Shown: one piece after another, positions 29,507 to 39,009 of the stretch
Numbering within the stretch: the stretch's first letter is position 1
How the letters are laid out: each line of letters begins with the position of its first letter
NCBI GenBank assembly: GCA_045532805.1
Contig: JAZSGQ010000037.1
Location: forward strand, 5,904-69,903
Reading direction: 5' to 3'
From: Eubacteriales bacterium
GTDB taxonomy: Bacteria > Bacillota > Clostridia > Oscillospirales > CAG-272
DNA: 64,000 bases
Position numbers and translations under genes: made by a program
Notes under the pieces: generated by a model
Databases searched by the model: none
Seen by the model: the letters and a program-made list of their open reading frames with translations, nothing else
Told to the model about the DNA's origin: nothing

Positions 29507-29724
29507 CGCCGAATCTCCTTTGCCACTTTTATAGATTGACTTTACCACATTTTCGGCACAAAGTCAACGGTTTGAAAACAATACGGCGCAAAAAGGTGTC
29601 AACCGCATCAAAGCGGCGACGTATCGAGCGCTATGGATCCGCCTTTTCTCCTCAAATAACGCGCACTCGTTGACTGTTTCGTGCTTTTGTGCTATACTAC
29701 TAATAACGAAAGGAGCGTGATCGA

Positions 29725-30138
29725 ATGACGGCAAGAAGAAAAGGCGTGCTGGCGGGAGCGGCGGTAACGGGCGCGGCGCTGGCAATTTGCCTTGCGATCG
29801 TGTTATGGCCGAAACCCGAGGCAAATGCCGCGGAATTGCCTTTGTACGACCCCGCAGACGTGGCTTGGGGCGACACCACGCTCTATTTTGAGGCCACGGT
29901 GCTGGAAGTGGGCGAGGAGCAATTGTTGGTGGCCCCCCTGGAAGGCACAAGTGCACAAATGGCGTTTGGCGAAGTGTTGGTGAACACCACGATGGTAAAC
30001 GGCGAGCGCGTGGGGGGCTTTGAGGAAGGACAGGTCATCGGCGTTCTCTTTGACGGAAAAGTCGCCATGTCCAACCCCGCACAGGTGCTGTCGGTATACG
30101 GATTTTTCCGTACGGAAACCGAACACAACGATCAATAA
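29725..30138 (+). CDS. membrane-anchored/secreted small protein, unknown function
   Basis: 137 aa with N-terminal TM/signal helix; TTGACT-17-TATACT promoter at 29670-29698. Confidence 0.45.
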   Translation: MTARRKGVLAGAAVTGAALAICLAIVLWPKPEANAAELPLYDPADVAWGDTTLYFEATVLEVGEEQLLVAPLEGTSAQMAFGEVLVNTTMVNGERVGGFEEGQVIGVLFDGKVAMSNPAQVLSVYGFFRTETEHNDQ

Positions 30139-30157
30139 AAATTTGCGGAGCAAAAAT

Positions 30158-30604
30158 ATGGAAAGCCAAATCAGACGTATGGAGGAAAAGGACAGACAGC
30201 AGATTCTCGAAATGATGAGAACGTTTTATGCGTCCGAAGCTGTCTTCACCAATGGATCAGAAGAAATCTTTCATACGGACATCGATCATTGCACGAACGG
30301 AAGCCCTTATCTTGAGGGATACGTTTTTGAAAACGGCACTACCGTACAGGGATATGCCATGTTGGCAAAAAGCTTCTCAACGGAATTCGGAAGACCTTGT
30401 ATCTGGATCGAAGACATATACGTAAAAGACGAATACCGCGGCCGAGGATTAGGGGGCGCCTTCCTTGATTTTGTCGAGGAAAAATATCCTCACGCATTAC
30501 TGCGCCTGGAGGTTGAGGCCGACAACGAAAGAGCCGTGAACGTATACAGAAAGCATGGATATGATGTTCTGCCGTATATGGAGATGAAAAAAACAGTTCG
30601 GTAA
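30158..30604 (+). CDS. GNAT family N-acetyltransferase
   Basis: IEDIYVKDEYRGRGLGGAFLDFVE acetyl-CoA binding motif; start at ATG 30158. Confidence 0.8.
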   Translation: MESQIRRMEEKDRQQILEMMRTFYASEAVFTNGSEEIFHTDIDHCTNGSPYLEGYVFENGTTVQGYAMLAKSFSTEFGRPCIWIEDIYVKDEYRGRGLGGAFLDFVEEKYPHALLRLEVEADNERAVNVYRKHGYDVLPYMEMKKTVR

Positions 30605-30720
30605 TTCCCCTTTGTCAAACAGAAAAACAGCCCCGACAAGCCCAAAAATCTGTCGGGGCTTTATGCGTTCCAAGGGCACACCCTTCTCTGCGTTTTTTAT
30701 TCCGTTTTTCCCCATCTTTA

Positions 30721-30749
30721 TTGACACTCCCCGCCATTTGTTATATAAT
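30721..30749 (+). promoter_or_regulatory. consensus sigma-A promoter of the GH20 gene
   Basis: TTGACA - 17 nt - TATAAT exactly. Confidence 0.6.
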
Positions 30750-30777
30750 GAGGGTGCAAAAACCTTGGAGGTGCCTT

Positions 30778-32394
30778 ATGAAAGCATACAAATTCGAAAC
30801 GCTTGGCGTCATGCTGGATATGTCCCGCAATGCCGTGATGAACGTGCCCACCGTCAAAAAGTATATGAGCTATCTGAAGAAGATGGGCTACAACTGCCTG
30901 CTTCTTTACATTGAGGACACCTACGAGGTACCCGATGAGCCCTATCTCGGTTATATGCGCGGCCGCTACTCGCAGGCAGAACTGCGCGAGATCGACGATT
31001 ATGCCGCATCGCTCGGTATGGAGCTGATCCCCTGCATTCAGACGCTGGCGCATCTGCAGGGCTTTGTGCCGTGGAAGCAGGTTCCCATTGACAGCAACGA
31101 TACGATGCTCGTGGGCGACGAGCGCGTATACAAGTTCATCTCGCACATTCTGGATGCCATGAAGGCCTGCTTCAGAAGCAAGCTCGTGCACATCGGTATG
31201 GACGAGGCGTGGGATCTCGGCCGCGGCAAGTACATGAATCTGCACGGCTACGAGGATCCCACCTCCATTATGAAAAAACACCTGGCGCGCGTGTGCGAGA
31301 TCGTGCGCGAGAAGGGTCTGGAGCCCATGATCTGGTCGGATATGTTCTTCCGCTGCATCAGCGGAAACAACAAATACTATCTGCCCCGTATGGAGATGCC
31401 CCGTGAATCCCGCGAGGCGCTCCCCGCCGACGTGATCCCCGTTTACTGGGACTACTATCACAGCACCGAGCAGGAATACGACGATATGCTCTACAACCAC
31501 GAGCAACTCTCGGACAAGAACTGGTTTGCGGGCGGTGTGTGGACCTGGCGCGGCTTCCTGCCCTCCAACGAATACTCCATCGAGACGATGCGCCCCGCGT
31601 TGGACGCCTGCCGCAAGCACGGCATCAAGCACGTATTCTTCACGATGTGGGGTGACGACGGTGCGGAATGCTCGCGTTGGTCGGTTATGCCCGCACTGTA
31701 CTACCTCGCACAGTACGCCAAGGGCGTCACCGACGAGGAGAAGATCTGCCGCGGCTTTGCACGCTTGTTCGGTATGGAATTTGAGGAGTTCTCGTCCATT
31801 GATCAGTTGAACAAGATCACCAAGGACGCGCATTTCAATACCGACGCCCCCGCCAAACTCGCGCTTTACAACGACTACTTCCTCGGCGTCAACGACATTC
31901 GTATGATCGAGGGCGGCAAGGAGACCGCCAAGGCGGCCGCCGAGCACTGGCGCGCCATCGCAAAGAAGCACCGCAAGTGGGCGCGCACCTTTGAAAGCGC
32001 CGCCGCGCTTGCCGACGTGTTGGCCGTGAAGTACGATCTCGGCCTTCGCACCCGCGCCGCCTATCTGGCGGGCGACAAGGCCACACTCGAGGCGCTTGCG
32101 CGCAACGAGTATACCGCGCTGATCCGCCTCATCGACCGCTTTGCGCGCCTGTTTGAGCGCCAGTGGTTTGACGAGAACAAACCGCACGGCTTTGATGTGC
32201 AAGACGTTCGTCTGGGCGGTCTGATTCGCCGCACCGAGGCCTGCCGCCGCCGTCTGCTCGACTACGCCGCAGGTAAGATCGGCGAGATCCCCGAGCTTGG
32301 CTTCGAACTTCTCACGGACGTCACGCCGCAGGGCGCACGGGTCAACTATGGCAAGATGGTCACGCCCAACCGCCTGACGCACAGAATTCTTTGA
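30778..32394 (+). CDS. glycoside hydrolase family 20-like (beta-N-acetylhexosaminidase-type)
   Basis: LGVMLDMSRN N-terminal TIM-barrel motif and HIGMDEA (H-x-G-x-D-E catalytic pair) typical of the GH20 catalytic domain. Confidence 0.65.
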   Translation: MKAYKFETLGVMLDMSRNAVMNVPTVKKYMSYLKKMGYNCLLLYIEDTYEVPDEPYLGYMRGRYSQAELREIDDYAASLGMELIPCIQTLAHLQGFVPWKQVPIDSNDTMLVGDERVYKFISHILDAMKACFRSKLVHIGMDEAWDLGRGKYMNLHGYEDPTSIMKKHLARVCEIVREKGLEPMIWSDMFFRCISGNNKYYLPRMEMPRESREALPADVIPVYWDYYHSTEQEYDDMLYNHEQLSDKNWFAGGVWTWRGFLPSNEYSIETMRPALDACRKHGIKHVFFTMWGDDGAECSRWSVMPALYYLAQYAKGVTDEEKICRGFARLFGMEFEEFSSIDQLNKITKDAHFNTDAPAKLALYNDYFLGVNDIRMIEGGKETAKAAAEHWRAIAKKHRKWARTFESAAALADVLAVKYDLGLRTRAAYLAGDKATLEALARNEYTALIRLIDRFARLFERQWFDENKPHGFDVQDVRLGGLIRRTEACRRRLLDYAAGKIGEIPELGFELLTDVTPQGARVNYGKMVTPNRLTHRIL

Positions 32395-32425
32395 TCAAAA
32401 AGGCACACCGTGCGGTGTGCCTTTT

Positions 32426-33205
32426 TTAACTGTCTTCTCCGTCGCGCCGTCTTTGCGCAAAAGCACGCGGCGAGCAACCAAACTGCCGCTTAAACATTTT
32501 GGAAAAAAGATAGAGATCCGCATACCCCACCGAGCAAGCCGCAACCGTGGGAGATTTTCCTCTCTCCAGAAGTTCTGCCGCGCGCGAAAGTCGATACGTC
32601 TTGAGGTATTGCATCGGAGACGCGCCCACGCGCTTTTTGAACAGTGCGGAAAAATAGGTGCGCTCCAACCCCAATTTCCCTGCAATGCGCTGTACGTTGA
32701 TGTCGTTCATATACTCCGCATGTATGATAGAGAGCGCCTTGTCAATATAATCACCGCGCGAGGTGCGGCGCTCCCGTAACAGCGAGAACAACTCCCAGAG
32801 TTTGGCACACAAAAATGCCGTCCTGCCGCCCTCCCACTCACCGCATCGGCGCAGATCCTCAAAGATCCTGCCCGCTTCGGGACAATGTACCACGTCCCCC
32901 AATTCCACAGGCAATTCCCCTTCGCACTCAAATCCGATCCAGGTGTATTCCCATGGCTCCTCGACGTTGGCGACGTAATAGGTTTCTACAAACGGCGGAA
33001 TGGTGAAAAAACTCCCCTTCCCCACCTCATACTGCCTGCCGTCGATCTCAAAACGCCCCTTGCCGCTTACCACGTAATGCAACAACCAAAAGGTGCGGAT
33101 CGCGGGGCCAAAGGCGTGCAGAGAGCAACAACGCTCATACCCCACCTGTACGGGAGAAATACCGGGGTGCTTCTCTTTTTTTATCGGTACAAAATGCGAT
33201 GCCAT
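32426..33205 (-). CDS. AraC family transcriptional regulator
   Basis: N-terminal cupin sensor, C-terminal double HTH (SALFKKRVGASPMQYL, GYADLYLFSKMFKRQFGCSP). Confidence 0.85.
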   Translation of the reverse strand: MASHFVPIKKEKHPGISPVQVGYERCCSLHAFGPAIRTFWLLHYVVSGKGRFEIDGRQYEVGKGSFFTIPPFVETYYVANVEEPWEYTWIGFECEGELPVELGDVVHCPEAGRIFEDLRRCGEWEGGRTAFLCAKLWELFSLLRERRTSRGDYIDKALSIIHAEYMNDINVQRIAGKLGLERTYFSALFKKRVGASPMQYLKTYRLSRAAELLERGKSPTVAACSVGYADLYLFSKMFKRQFGCSPRAFAQRRRDGEDS

Positions 33206-33312
33206 AGCGCCTCCGAAAACAACAAAATAACAAGTTACAACAACATTGTACCATTGTAGCCCTCCCCTTGTCAAGATATAATGAAAGTATCAAAGGCAAA
33301 GGAGAACTCGCC

Positions 33313-34632
33313 ATGAAACTGACCTTTATGGGCGCGGGAAGCACCATATTTGCAAGAAACGTGATCGGAGATTGCCTCAGTACCGAGGCACTGCGCGACA
33401 GCGTGTTCGCGCTGTATGATATCGACGCCACGCGCCTGGAGGAAAGCCGCGTGATCCTGGAGGGACTGCGCCACGGGCTTGGCGACCACGGTAGGATCGA
33501 GTGCTACCTCGGCGTGGAAAACCGCAAGGCCGCTCTTCGCGGTGCGGATTTCGTCGTCAATGCCATTCAGGTAGGACTCTACGACCCTTGTACCGTCATC
33601 GACTTTGAAATTCCAAAAAAATACGGCCTGCGCCAGACGATCGCCGATACGCTCGGCATCGGCGGCATTATGCGAGGACTTCGCACGATCCCCGTCATGT
33701 GGGAGTTCGCAAGGGATATGGAGGAAGTCTGCCCCGATGCACTGTTTCTCAATTATACCAATCCCATGTCGATCCTGACGGGCTTTATGTTGCGCTACAC
33801 GGGCATCAAGACCGTGGGTCTTTGCCACAGCGTACAGACCTGCTCGAAAAAACTCCTGGAAAAACTCGGCATGGAAGACAAGATCGAAGGTCGCCGCGAA
33901 TTGATCGCGGGCATCAACCACATGGCGTGGCTGTTGGAGTTAAAGGACAAAAACGGCAACGATCTTTACCCCGAGATCAAGGCGCGCGTGCCCGCTTATA
34001 TGGCAGACCCGGACGCGAATGACAAGGTGCGTATGGATTACATCAACCATTTCGGCTACTACTGCACCGAGTCCAGCGAGCATAACGCCGAATACAATCC
34101 GTTCTATATCAAAAGCAAATACCCCGAACTGATCGAACGCTACAATATCCCGCTGGACGAGTATCCACGCCGTTGCGTGCGGCAGATCGAAAAGTGGAAG
34201 GCAGACTACGAAACACTCGTCAGAACGGGCGCGCGTGAGCATACGCGCTCGATCGAATACGCCTCTCATATCATGGAGGCCATCGTCACAAATACGCCCT
34301 ACGAAATCGGCGGTAACGTCCTCAATACAGGACATCTGATCATCAATCTGCCAAAGGACGCGTGCGTGGAGGTGCCCTGCCTTGTGAACGGCCACGGCGT
34401 ACAGCCCTGCCACGTGGGCGCACTCCCCGTACAGTGCGCGGCGATGAATATGACCAATATCAACGTGCAGCTCCTCACCATTGAGGCCGCCGTCACGGGC
34501 AAAAAGGAGCATATCTACCAAGCCGCTATGCTTGACCCCCACACGGGCTCCGAGCTCGATATCGACAGCATCAAAAACATGGTCGATGACCTCATCGAAT
34601 CCCACGGCGACTACCTACCGCAATACCGCTAA
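33313..34632 (+). CDS. glycoside hydrolase family 4 (alpha-galactosidase/alpha-glucosidase)
   Basis: MKLTFMGAGS NAD-binding N-terminus, NYTNPM, GLCHS motifs. Confidence 0.8.
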   Translation: MKLTFMGAGSTIFARNVIGDCLSTEALRDSVFALYDIDATRLEESRVILEGLRHGLGDHGRIECYLGVENRKAALRGADFVVNAIQVGLYDPCTVIDFEIPKKYGLRQTIADTLGIGGIMRGLRTIPVMWEFARDMEEVCPDALFLNYTNPMSILTGFMLRYTGIKTVGLCHSVQTCSKKLLEKLGMEDKIEGRRELIAGINHMAWLLELKDKNGNDLYPEIKARVPAYMADPDANDKVRMDYINHFGYYCTESSEHNAEYNPFYIKSKYPELIERYNIPLDEYPRRCVRQIEKWKADYETLVRTGAREHTRSIEYASHIMEAIVTNTPYEIGGNVLNTGHLIINLPKDACVEVPCLVNGHGVQPCHVGALPVQCAAMNMTNINVQLLTIEAAVTGKKEHIYQAAMLDPHTGSELDIDSIKNMVDDLIESHGDYLPQYR

Positions 34633-34663
34633 AAAATAACAGGCACACCGTTTGGCGTGCCTG

Positions 34664-34906
34664 TTATTTTATTTCCTGCTCCAGATCATCGAACAATGGC
34701 GAGGTGAAGAAATCCAGAATCGTGATTTCCAACCCGTCACAGATCTTTTGAATCGTGGACACGGTAGTGGTGGCATTCCGCCCGCTGACGATGTTGTTCA
34801 GCGTGGACTGCGTAATGCCGCAGATGGTGGAAAGCTTGTTCAGCGTGATATTCTGCTCGTGGCAGAGCTCCAATATGCGAAATCTGACCGCATCGCCAAC
34901 TCTCAT
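34664..34906 (-). CDS. XRE-family HTH transcriptional regulator
   Basis: 80 aa; NITLNKLSTICGITQSTLNNIVSGRN HTH_3 pattern. Confidence 0.75.
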   Translation of the reverse strand: MRVGDAVRFRILELCHEQNITLNKLSTICGITQSTLNNIVSGRNATTTVSTIQKICDGLEITILDFFTSPLFDDLEQEIK

Positions 34907-35056
34907 AGCGTTCTCCTAACTCAAATGGGTTAATTCCATTTTACACAATACCGCTACAAAATATTACCCCTTGAGGGTTGACAACGCGCAAAAGATGTGG
35001 TAAAATACAAACATAACTCAAAAGAGTTAATAAAATCCAGTTCAGGAGGCAAAAAA

Positions 35057-35506
35057 ATGAAATACTGCACGAAATGTGGCGCACAGCTCGCGGACGAGGC
35101 CGTCATCTGCGTGGGGTGCGGCTGTATGACCGACGCTATGCAGGCACGTACTTCCGTGGAAGCAACGCCGACACAACCGCAGCAAGCCGTTCAAAATCTC
35201 AATATGCCCTCTAGGCTCCTGGGGTTGTTCGGATTTATGTTTAATTTGTTGGCTGCTCTTACGGTTACGTTTCTCCTGTGGAGTCTGGCGTGGATGTATG
35301 TCAGCCCCTACGGCAGCGTTTGGCCGGATGGGACCTTGACTACGTTTGCTTTCATTTGTTCCTTGCCGGCTTGCGGCTTTGGTATCTGCTGCTTTATCAA
35401 AACGCTCACGGAAAAGCTGCAGTCCGTTTGGCTCTTCCCCGGCATTATAAAATTTATCATCGGAATCATCCTGCCCATTCTCTCTCTTGTGTTTTTGGAC
35501 TTCTGA
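35057..35506 (+). CDS. zinc-ribbon membrane protein
   Basis: MKYCTKCGAQL...CVGCG zinc ribbon followed by four TM helices; TTGACA-17-TAAAAT promoter at 34978-35006. Confidence 0.55.
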   Translation: MKYCTKCGAQLADEAVICVGCGCMTDAMQARTSVEATPTQPQQAVQNLNMPSRLLGLFGFMFNLLAALTVTFLLWSLAWMYVSPYGSVWPDGTLTTFAFICSLPACGFGICCFIKTLTEKLQSVWLFPGIIKFIIGIILPILSLVFLDF

Positions 35507-35591
35507 TCCTCGGGAGAAAGCAAATAAAAACAAAACGGACACGTCATTCGGAAAATCCCGCGTGACGTGTCCGTTTTTTTGCGATTGAATT

Positions 35592-35624
35592 TTGTAGGGG
35601 CGATTCGTGAATCGCCCGCGGGCG
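35592..35624. repeat. TTGTAGGGG-hairpin (REP-like) element, copy 2
   Basis: TTGTAGGGGCGATTcgtgAATCGCCCGCGGGCG. Confidence 0.45.
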
Positions 35625-35626
35625 CT

Positions 35627-36595
35627 TCAGCCGCGATACGGCGTATCGTCAAAAACGCCCGTCGGCGGGAGCCCGTCGTAGGTCCGCAAAAGATTTTTCA
35701 AGACCTTGACGCCAAAAATGGCCTCCTCCACCGCCATGCGGTCGCCGTGATGCCGAAGCCCGATCTCCAAATTGTAATAGCCCTTGTAGCCGATCTCGTC
35801 CAACGCCCGAAAGAAATCCCACCACCTAACCGTGTTCATTCTCGGCGTAGCGTCAAACCAAGGGGTGACGTGCATATCGCTCCTGCCGTCGTTGTCGTGA
35901 AGATGCAGGACCTCCACGGCAGAGCCCAGGAGACGGGTGAGGTCGGGCACGGAGGGCTGTCCCTCCACTTGAGCCGCCAGATGGCTGTGCCCCGTATCCA
36001 CGCAACAGCAGAACCAGTCCTTAAAGTCCTCCACCGCCGTGATGCGCTCGTAAGCGCGAATGAATTCGTCGGCGTGCCGAAGCACCGCAAATATGGTATA
36101 GTCGCGGCCCGCAAGCCCGCCCGTTTCCCACGCGATCTTGACCTTGTTCTCCCGCGCGCACGGCAAAAGTTCCGAAAACATCTGAAAATGGATATCTCTC
36201 GCGCGCTGTGCGGGGAGCCCCTGCATCTGCGTGCTTTTCGGGCCGTGCATCACCGTGTATCGGGCGCCGAGGAGCCGCGTGGCAAGGCAGTCGAAGCGCC
36301 CGTCGGCCAGAGCCACGGCATCCTGCTCGGGCTCCCCGCAGCAGCCGCGATTTCTTCCGTGCGTCTGCACGACGGAAAGCCCCAGGGAATCGGCATATTC
36401 CCGCAGCTCGGAAAAATATTCGACAACGGCGGCTTCGCCCTTGGCATAGATCGTGTCCTTTTTCGCACAGCTGTATTCCGCCAGACAAAAGTCCACGGCG
36501 TCCACACCCACCGCCTCCTTGGCGAGCAGCAGCGCGTTTTTGTTGCCGTACAGCGATTGAAGCTCGTTGATCGAAAGACTGACTCTCCGTTTCAT
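35627..36595 (-). CDS. sugar phosphate isomerase/epimerase (xylose-isomerase-like TIM barrel)
   Basis: AP-endonuclease-2/TIM barrel pattern (VVQTHG, IAWETGG, CVDTGHSHL, LHLHDNDG); start at ATG 36595 behind GGAGGGA. Confidence 0.7.
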   Translation of the reverse strand: MKRRVSLSINELQSLYGNKNALLLAKEAVGVDAVDFCLAEYSCAKKDTIYAKGEAAVVEYFSELREYADSLGLSVVQTHGRNRGCCGEPEQDAVALADGRFDCLATRLLGARYTVMHGPKSTQMQGLPAQRARDIHFQMFSELLPCARENKVKIAWETGGLAGRDYTIFAVLRHADEFIRAYERITAVEDFKDWFCCCVDTGHSHLAAQVEGQPSVPDLTRLLGSAVEVLHLHDNDGRSDMHVTPWFDATPRMNTVRWWDFFRALDEIGYKGYYNLEIGLRHHGDRMAVEEAIFGVKVLKNLLRTYDGLPPTGVFDDTPYRG

Positions 36596-36712
36596 CGTTC
36601 CCTCCGCACCTCGGGCAAACTTCGACGTTGCCCTGACGTTACCTTCATTATAGCGGCACGGCGCCGCGTTGTCAAGGGAGCTCCGCGACGTGTCCGACTT
36701 TTTGTTATGATC

Positions 36713-36740
36713 TTGTAGGGGCGTGCATGGCACGCCCGCA
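36713..36740. repeat. TTGTAGGGG-hairpin (REP-like) element, copy 3
   Basis: TTGTAGGGGCGTGCatgGCACGCCCGCA. Confidence 0.45.
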
Positions 36741-36914
36741 ACCGAGCACGCGGCGCAACGACGCTCTGCGCGTTTTGGCAAAGACGGATTCCTCTGTCAA
36801 AGAAAAAGCGCGCAGAGCGAGGCGCACCGGAAGCACTCGGGCGACGGCGTACTTGCGTACGCCGAGGTCGAGTGCGTGGAGCAACGACGCTATGCGCGTT
36901 TTTTCAAAGACAGA

Positions 36915-36953
36915 TTATTTGCTTGCTTCCTCAATAGCAACTGCCACGGCAAC
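36915..36953 (-). repeat. decayed copy of the last 12 codons of the GGGtGRT gene (old att remnant)
   Basis: Minus strand reads VAVAVAIEEASK-stop, matching the C-terminus of the gene at 52371-53369; homology ends at a TGA just upstream. Confidence 0.6.
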
Positions 36954-37008
36954 GTGTCATCTGGCATGACGGCAGCCGCGGTTCTCTCGATAGTAGGCGG
37001 GAAGTCGC

Positions 37009-37102
37009 TTACTTAGAAGCTTCCTCGATAGCGACCGCTACTGCTACCGTCATACCGACCATGGGGTTGTTGCCTGCGCCGATCAGACCCATCATCTCAA
37101 CG
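37009..37102 (-). repeat. left junction repeat: displaced 3' end (30 codons plus stop) of the GGGtGRT gene
   Basis: Gapless alignment to 52371-52464. The last 48 bp (37055-37102) are identical; the first 46 nt carry 11 mismatches. Encodes VEMMGLIGAGNNPMVGMTVAVAVAIEEASK-stop. Confidence 0.85.
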
Positions 37103-37327
37103 CTATCAGAGCTTTAGCCGAGCTTCGGGGTAAAAGCCTCGGCCTGCAAGCTTGCGGTATAAGCCTTTCGCGACATTTGCATTGCAAAATCCTGTTACGC
37201 TGAACACATCGTTTTCAGTTTTGCCGAATGCATTATATCGTGTTTTGACGTGTTCGCGAATGGGCAATTTATAAAGATGTGCCTATTTTGAATTTTTCTA
37301 AATGTTGCTATTAAGATAAGATGGTTA

Positions 37328-38809
37328 TTATGAAATCATTCGACCGAGTGTCGAAATAAACGAACTGAAGTTTTCATATTCGCAAATGTCTTCGCAAAGA
37401 TATTGAATAAATCGTTCCGTAGATATTCCAATGTCATTTAGATTTGAACAGATCATTTTATATAGTTTTTTTCCGTTGTTATCCTTACCTTCTGGATAAT
37501 TCTGTTTGTAGTCTAAAATAATATCATATAGCGATCTATTTGTGAAATATTTGTCTCCAATCAATTTGATAAATGTTGCATCATTTTCGGTGATTAACTT
37601 CTTGTGCAAATACTTTTCTACACTTTTGATGGGCAAATAGGTGTACAATGAAAGTTGCAGTTCTGCAGCTTTGTCATCCCCTTTAGATTTGACGTCGCCA
37701 TCTAAGATGCTTATAACACGTTTTCCCATTCCAAGCAATCCGCTTCTATGAATATCATTGTGCAACTTTAGTGTTTGAGCCCAATCACCGCTAGGAACTA
37801 CGTGCCACAATCTACTTTTACATATATTATTAGTGCGGATAATTCTTTCAACTACTGCTTTAGCTAACTCATCTTCAACAAGAATTATAAAATCATATCC
37901 GTTAGGCACATACAGATTTCTAATTGCATAGTTGGGGTAGCATGGATTTAGTGATGTAATAGTTCCGTTTACATTCTCAATCATAAATATGTTTTGAGGA
38001 GAAATACGGTTAATGATTTCTGTTGAATGTGTAGAGAAAATAACTATCATGTTGATGTTATTCAGCATCTGGGTAAAAAGAGTTACCAAACGATCTATGG
38101 CAGCAGGATGAAGCGCTAGTTCTGCTTCGTCAATGAGAAAAAGCAAAGGCGCTGTTTCTGTATATCGATTTCGCTCTGTAAGATTATTAATAAAGTCAAT
38201 TAGGGAAATTAGCATACTTTCCCCACTACTCATTGTATATTGGCTAGTATACCTATCACCACATTTCAAGAAATACGGAATTCCTCTAAAACCGTGTTGT
38301 GTAGCGATAGGCTTGCTTTTAACTTTGTAGAGATCCTTGTAATGATTTTTATCTCCGTGCAAAATGTAGCTTAATGTTTCTATAACAAAAGGATCCGCCG
38401 CTCTAATTAACGATGTAAAATCATCTTTTTGAAGGAACTCTTGAACAAGATTATAATCATAAAAACGAGAGCCAAAAAATATACTTCCCTCGTAAAAACC
38501 CCTATAATAATTCTTCGTGTGTCTATGACCATTTAATCGAGAAGCACAATCCCATACGCCATTTGAAACATACCAATGGTCTATTTGCGAATCTACATTT
38601 AAATCAATAACAGAGCCTTCGGTAAAATCACAAGATTGAAAACCTCGTGTAGAAGAAGGCTTAACCAGCAAAGACATTGCTGACATTAATGTGCTTTTGC
38701 CACATCCGTTCTCACCCACTATTGCGTAAAGCCCTTTTTCAAGTGGAATTTCAAATTCACATTGTTTTATGTTTTTTAAGTCTTTTATGGACAAAATTAA
38801 ATCACTCAT
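37328..38809 (-). CDS. ABC-type ATPase fused to a Toprim-like nuclease domain (OLD / PARIS / GajA-like architecture)
   Basis: Walker A GENGCGKST, ABC signature MSSGES, Walker B LLFLIDEAELALHP, H-loop FSTHS. The C-terminal part has DFIILVEDELAK (Toprim Glu) and ISILDGDV (DxD). Start at ATG 38809 behind GGAGGAAAT. Confidence 0.6.
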   Translation of the reverse strand: MSDLILSIKDLKNIKQCEFEIPLEKGLYAIVGENGCGKSTLMSAMSLLVKPSSTRGFQSCDFTEGSVIDLNVDSQIDHWYVSNGVWDCASRLNGHRHTKNYYRGFYEGSIFFGSRFYDYNLVQEFLQKDDFTSLIRAADPFVIETLSYILHGDKNHYKDLYKVKSKPIATQHGFRGIPYFLKCGDRYTSQYTMSSGESMLISLIDFINNLTERNRYTETAPLLFLIDEAELALHPAAIDRLVTLFTQMLNNINMIVIFSTHSTEIINRISPQNIFMIENVNGTITSLNPCYPNYAIRNLYVPNGYDFIILVEDELAKAVVERIIRTNNICKSRLWHVVPSGDWAQTLKLHNDIHRSGLLGMGKRVISILDGDVKSKGDDKAAELQLSLYTYLPIKSVEKYLHKKLITENDATFIKLIGDKYFTNRSLYDIILDYKQNYPEGKDNNGKKLYKMICSNLNDIGISTERFIQYLCEDICEYENFSSFISTLGRMIS

Positions 38810-39009
38810 ATTTCCTCCATAGAAAATTTCGTTTTTGAATTGTATCTCATTATAACATAAAACGACATAATTTTCAATGTAAACATATAAGATTATCAAC
38901 TGAAAGATTACAAACAATAACATTAATTTCTTTTAACATCTGCTAAATTATACGAACGGCAATATTTTGTGCTCTGTTGTTGTTCTGAAATTTACAGATA
39001 GAAAGAAGA

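Larger units (their letters stand above)
27259..29560. mobile_element. decayed AT-rich prophage/integrative-element remnant abutting tRNA-Ser
   Basis: Abrupt drop in GC directly after the tRNA; phage-type MuF toxin module, frameshifted HTH gene, truncated and startless ORFs; no integrase and no distal tRNA repeat found. Confidence 0.5.

Noticed and set aside
29549-29724. Distal tRNA-Ser 3' repeat marking the right end of the 27.3-29.6 kb remnant
   Set aside because: Only a weak GGTTTGAAAAC resemblance to the anticodon region is present. No T-arm or acceptor repeat exists, so the right boundary is defined by composition only.
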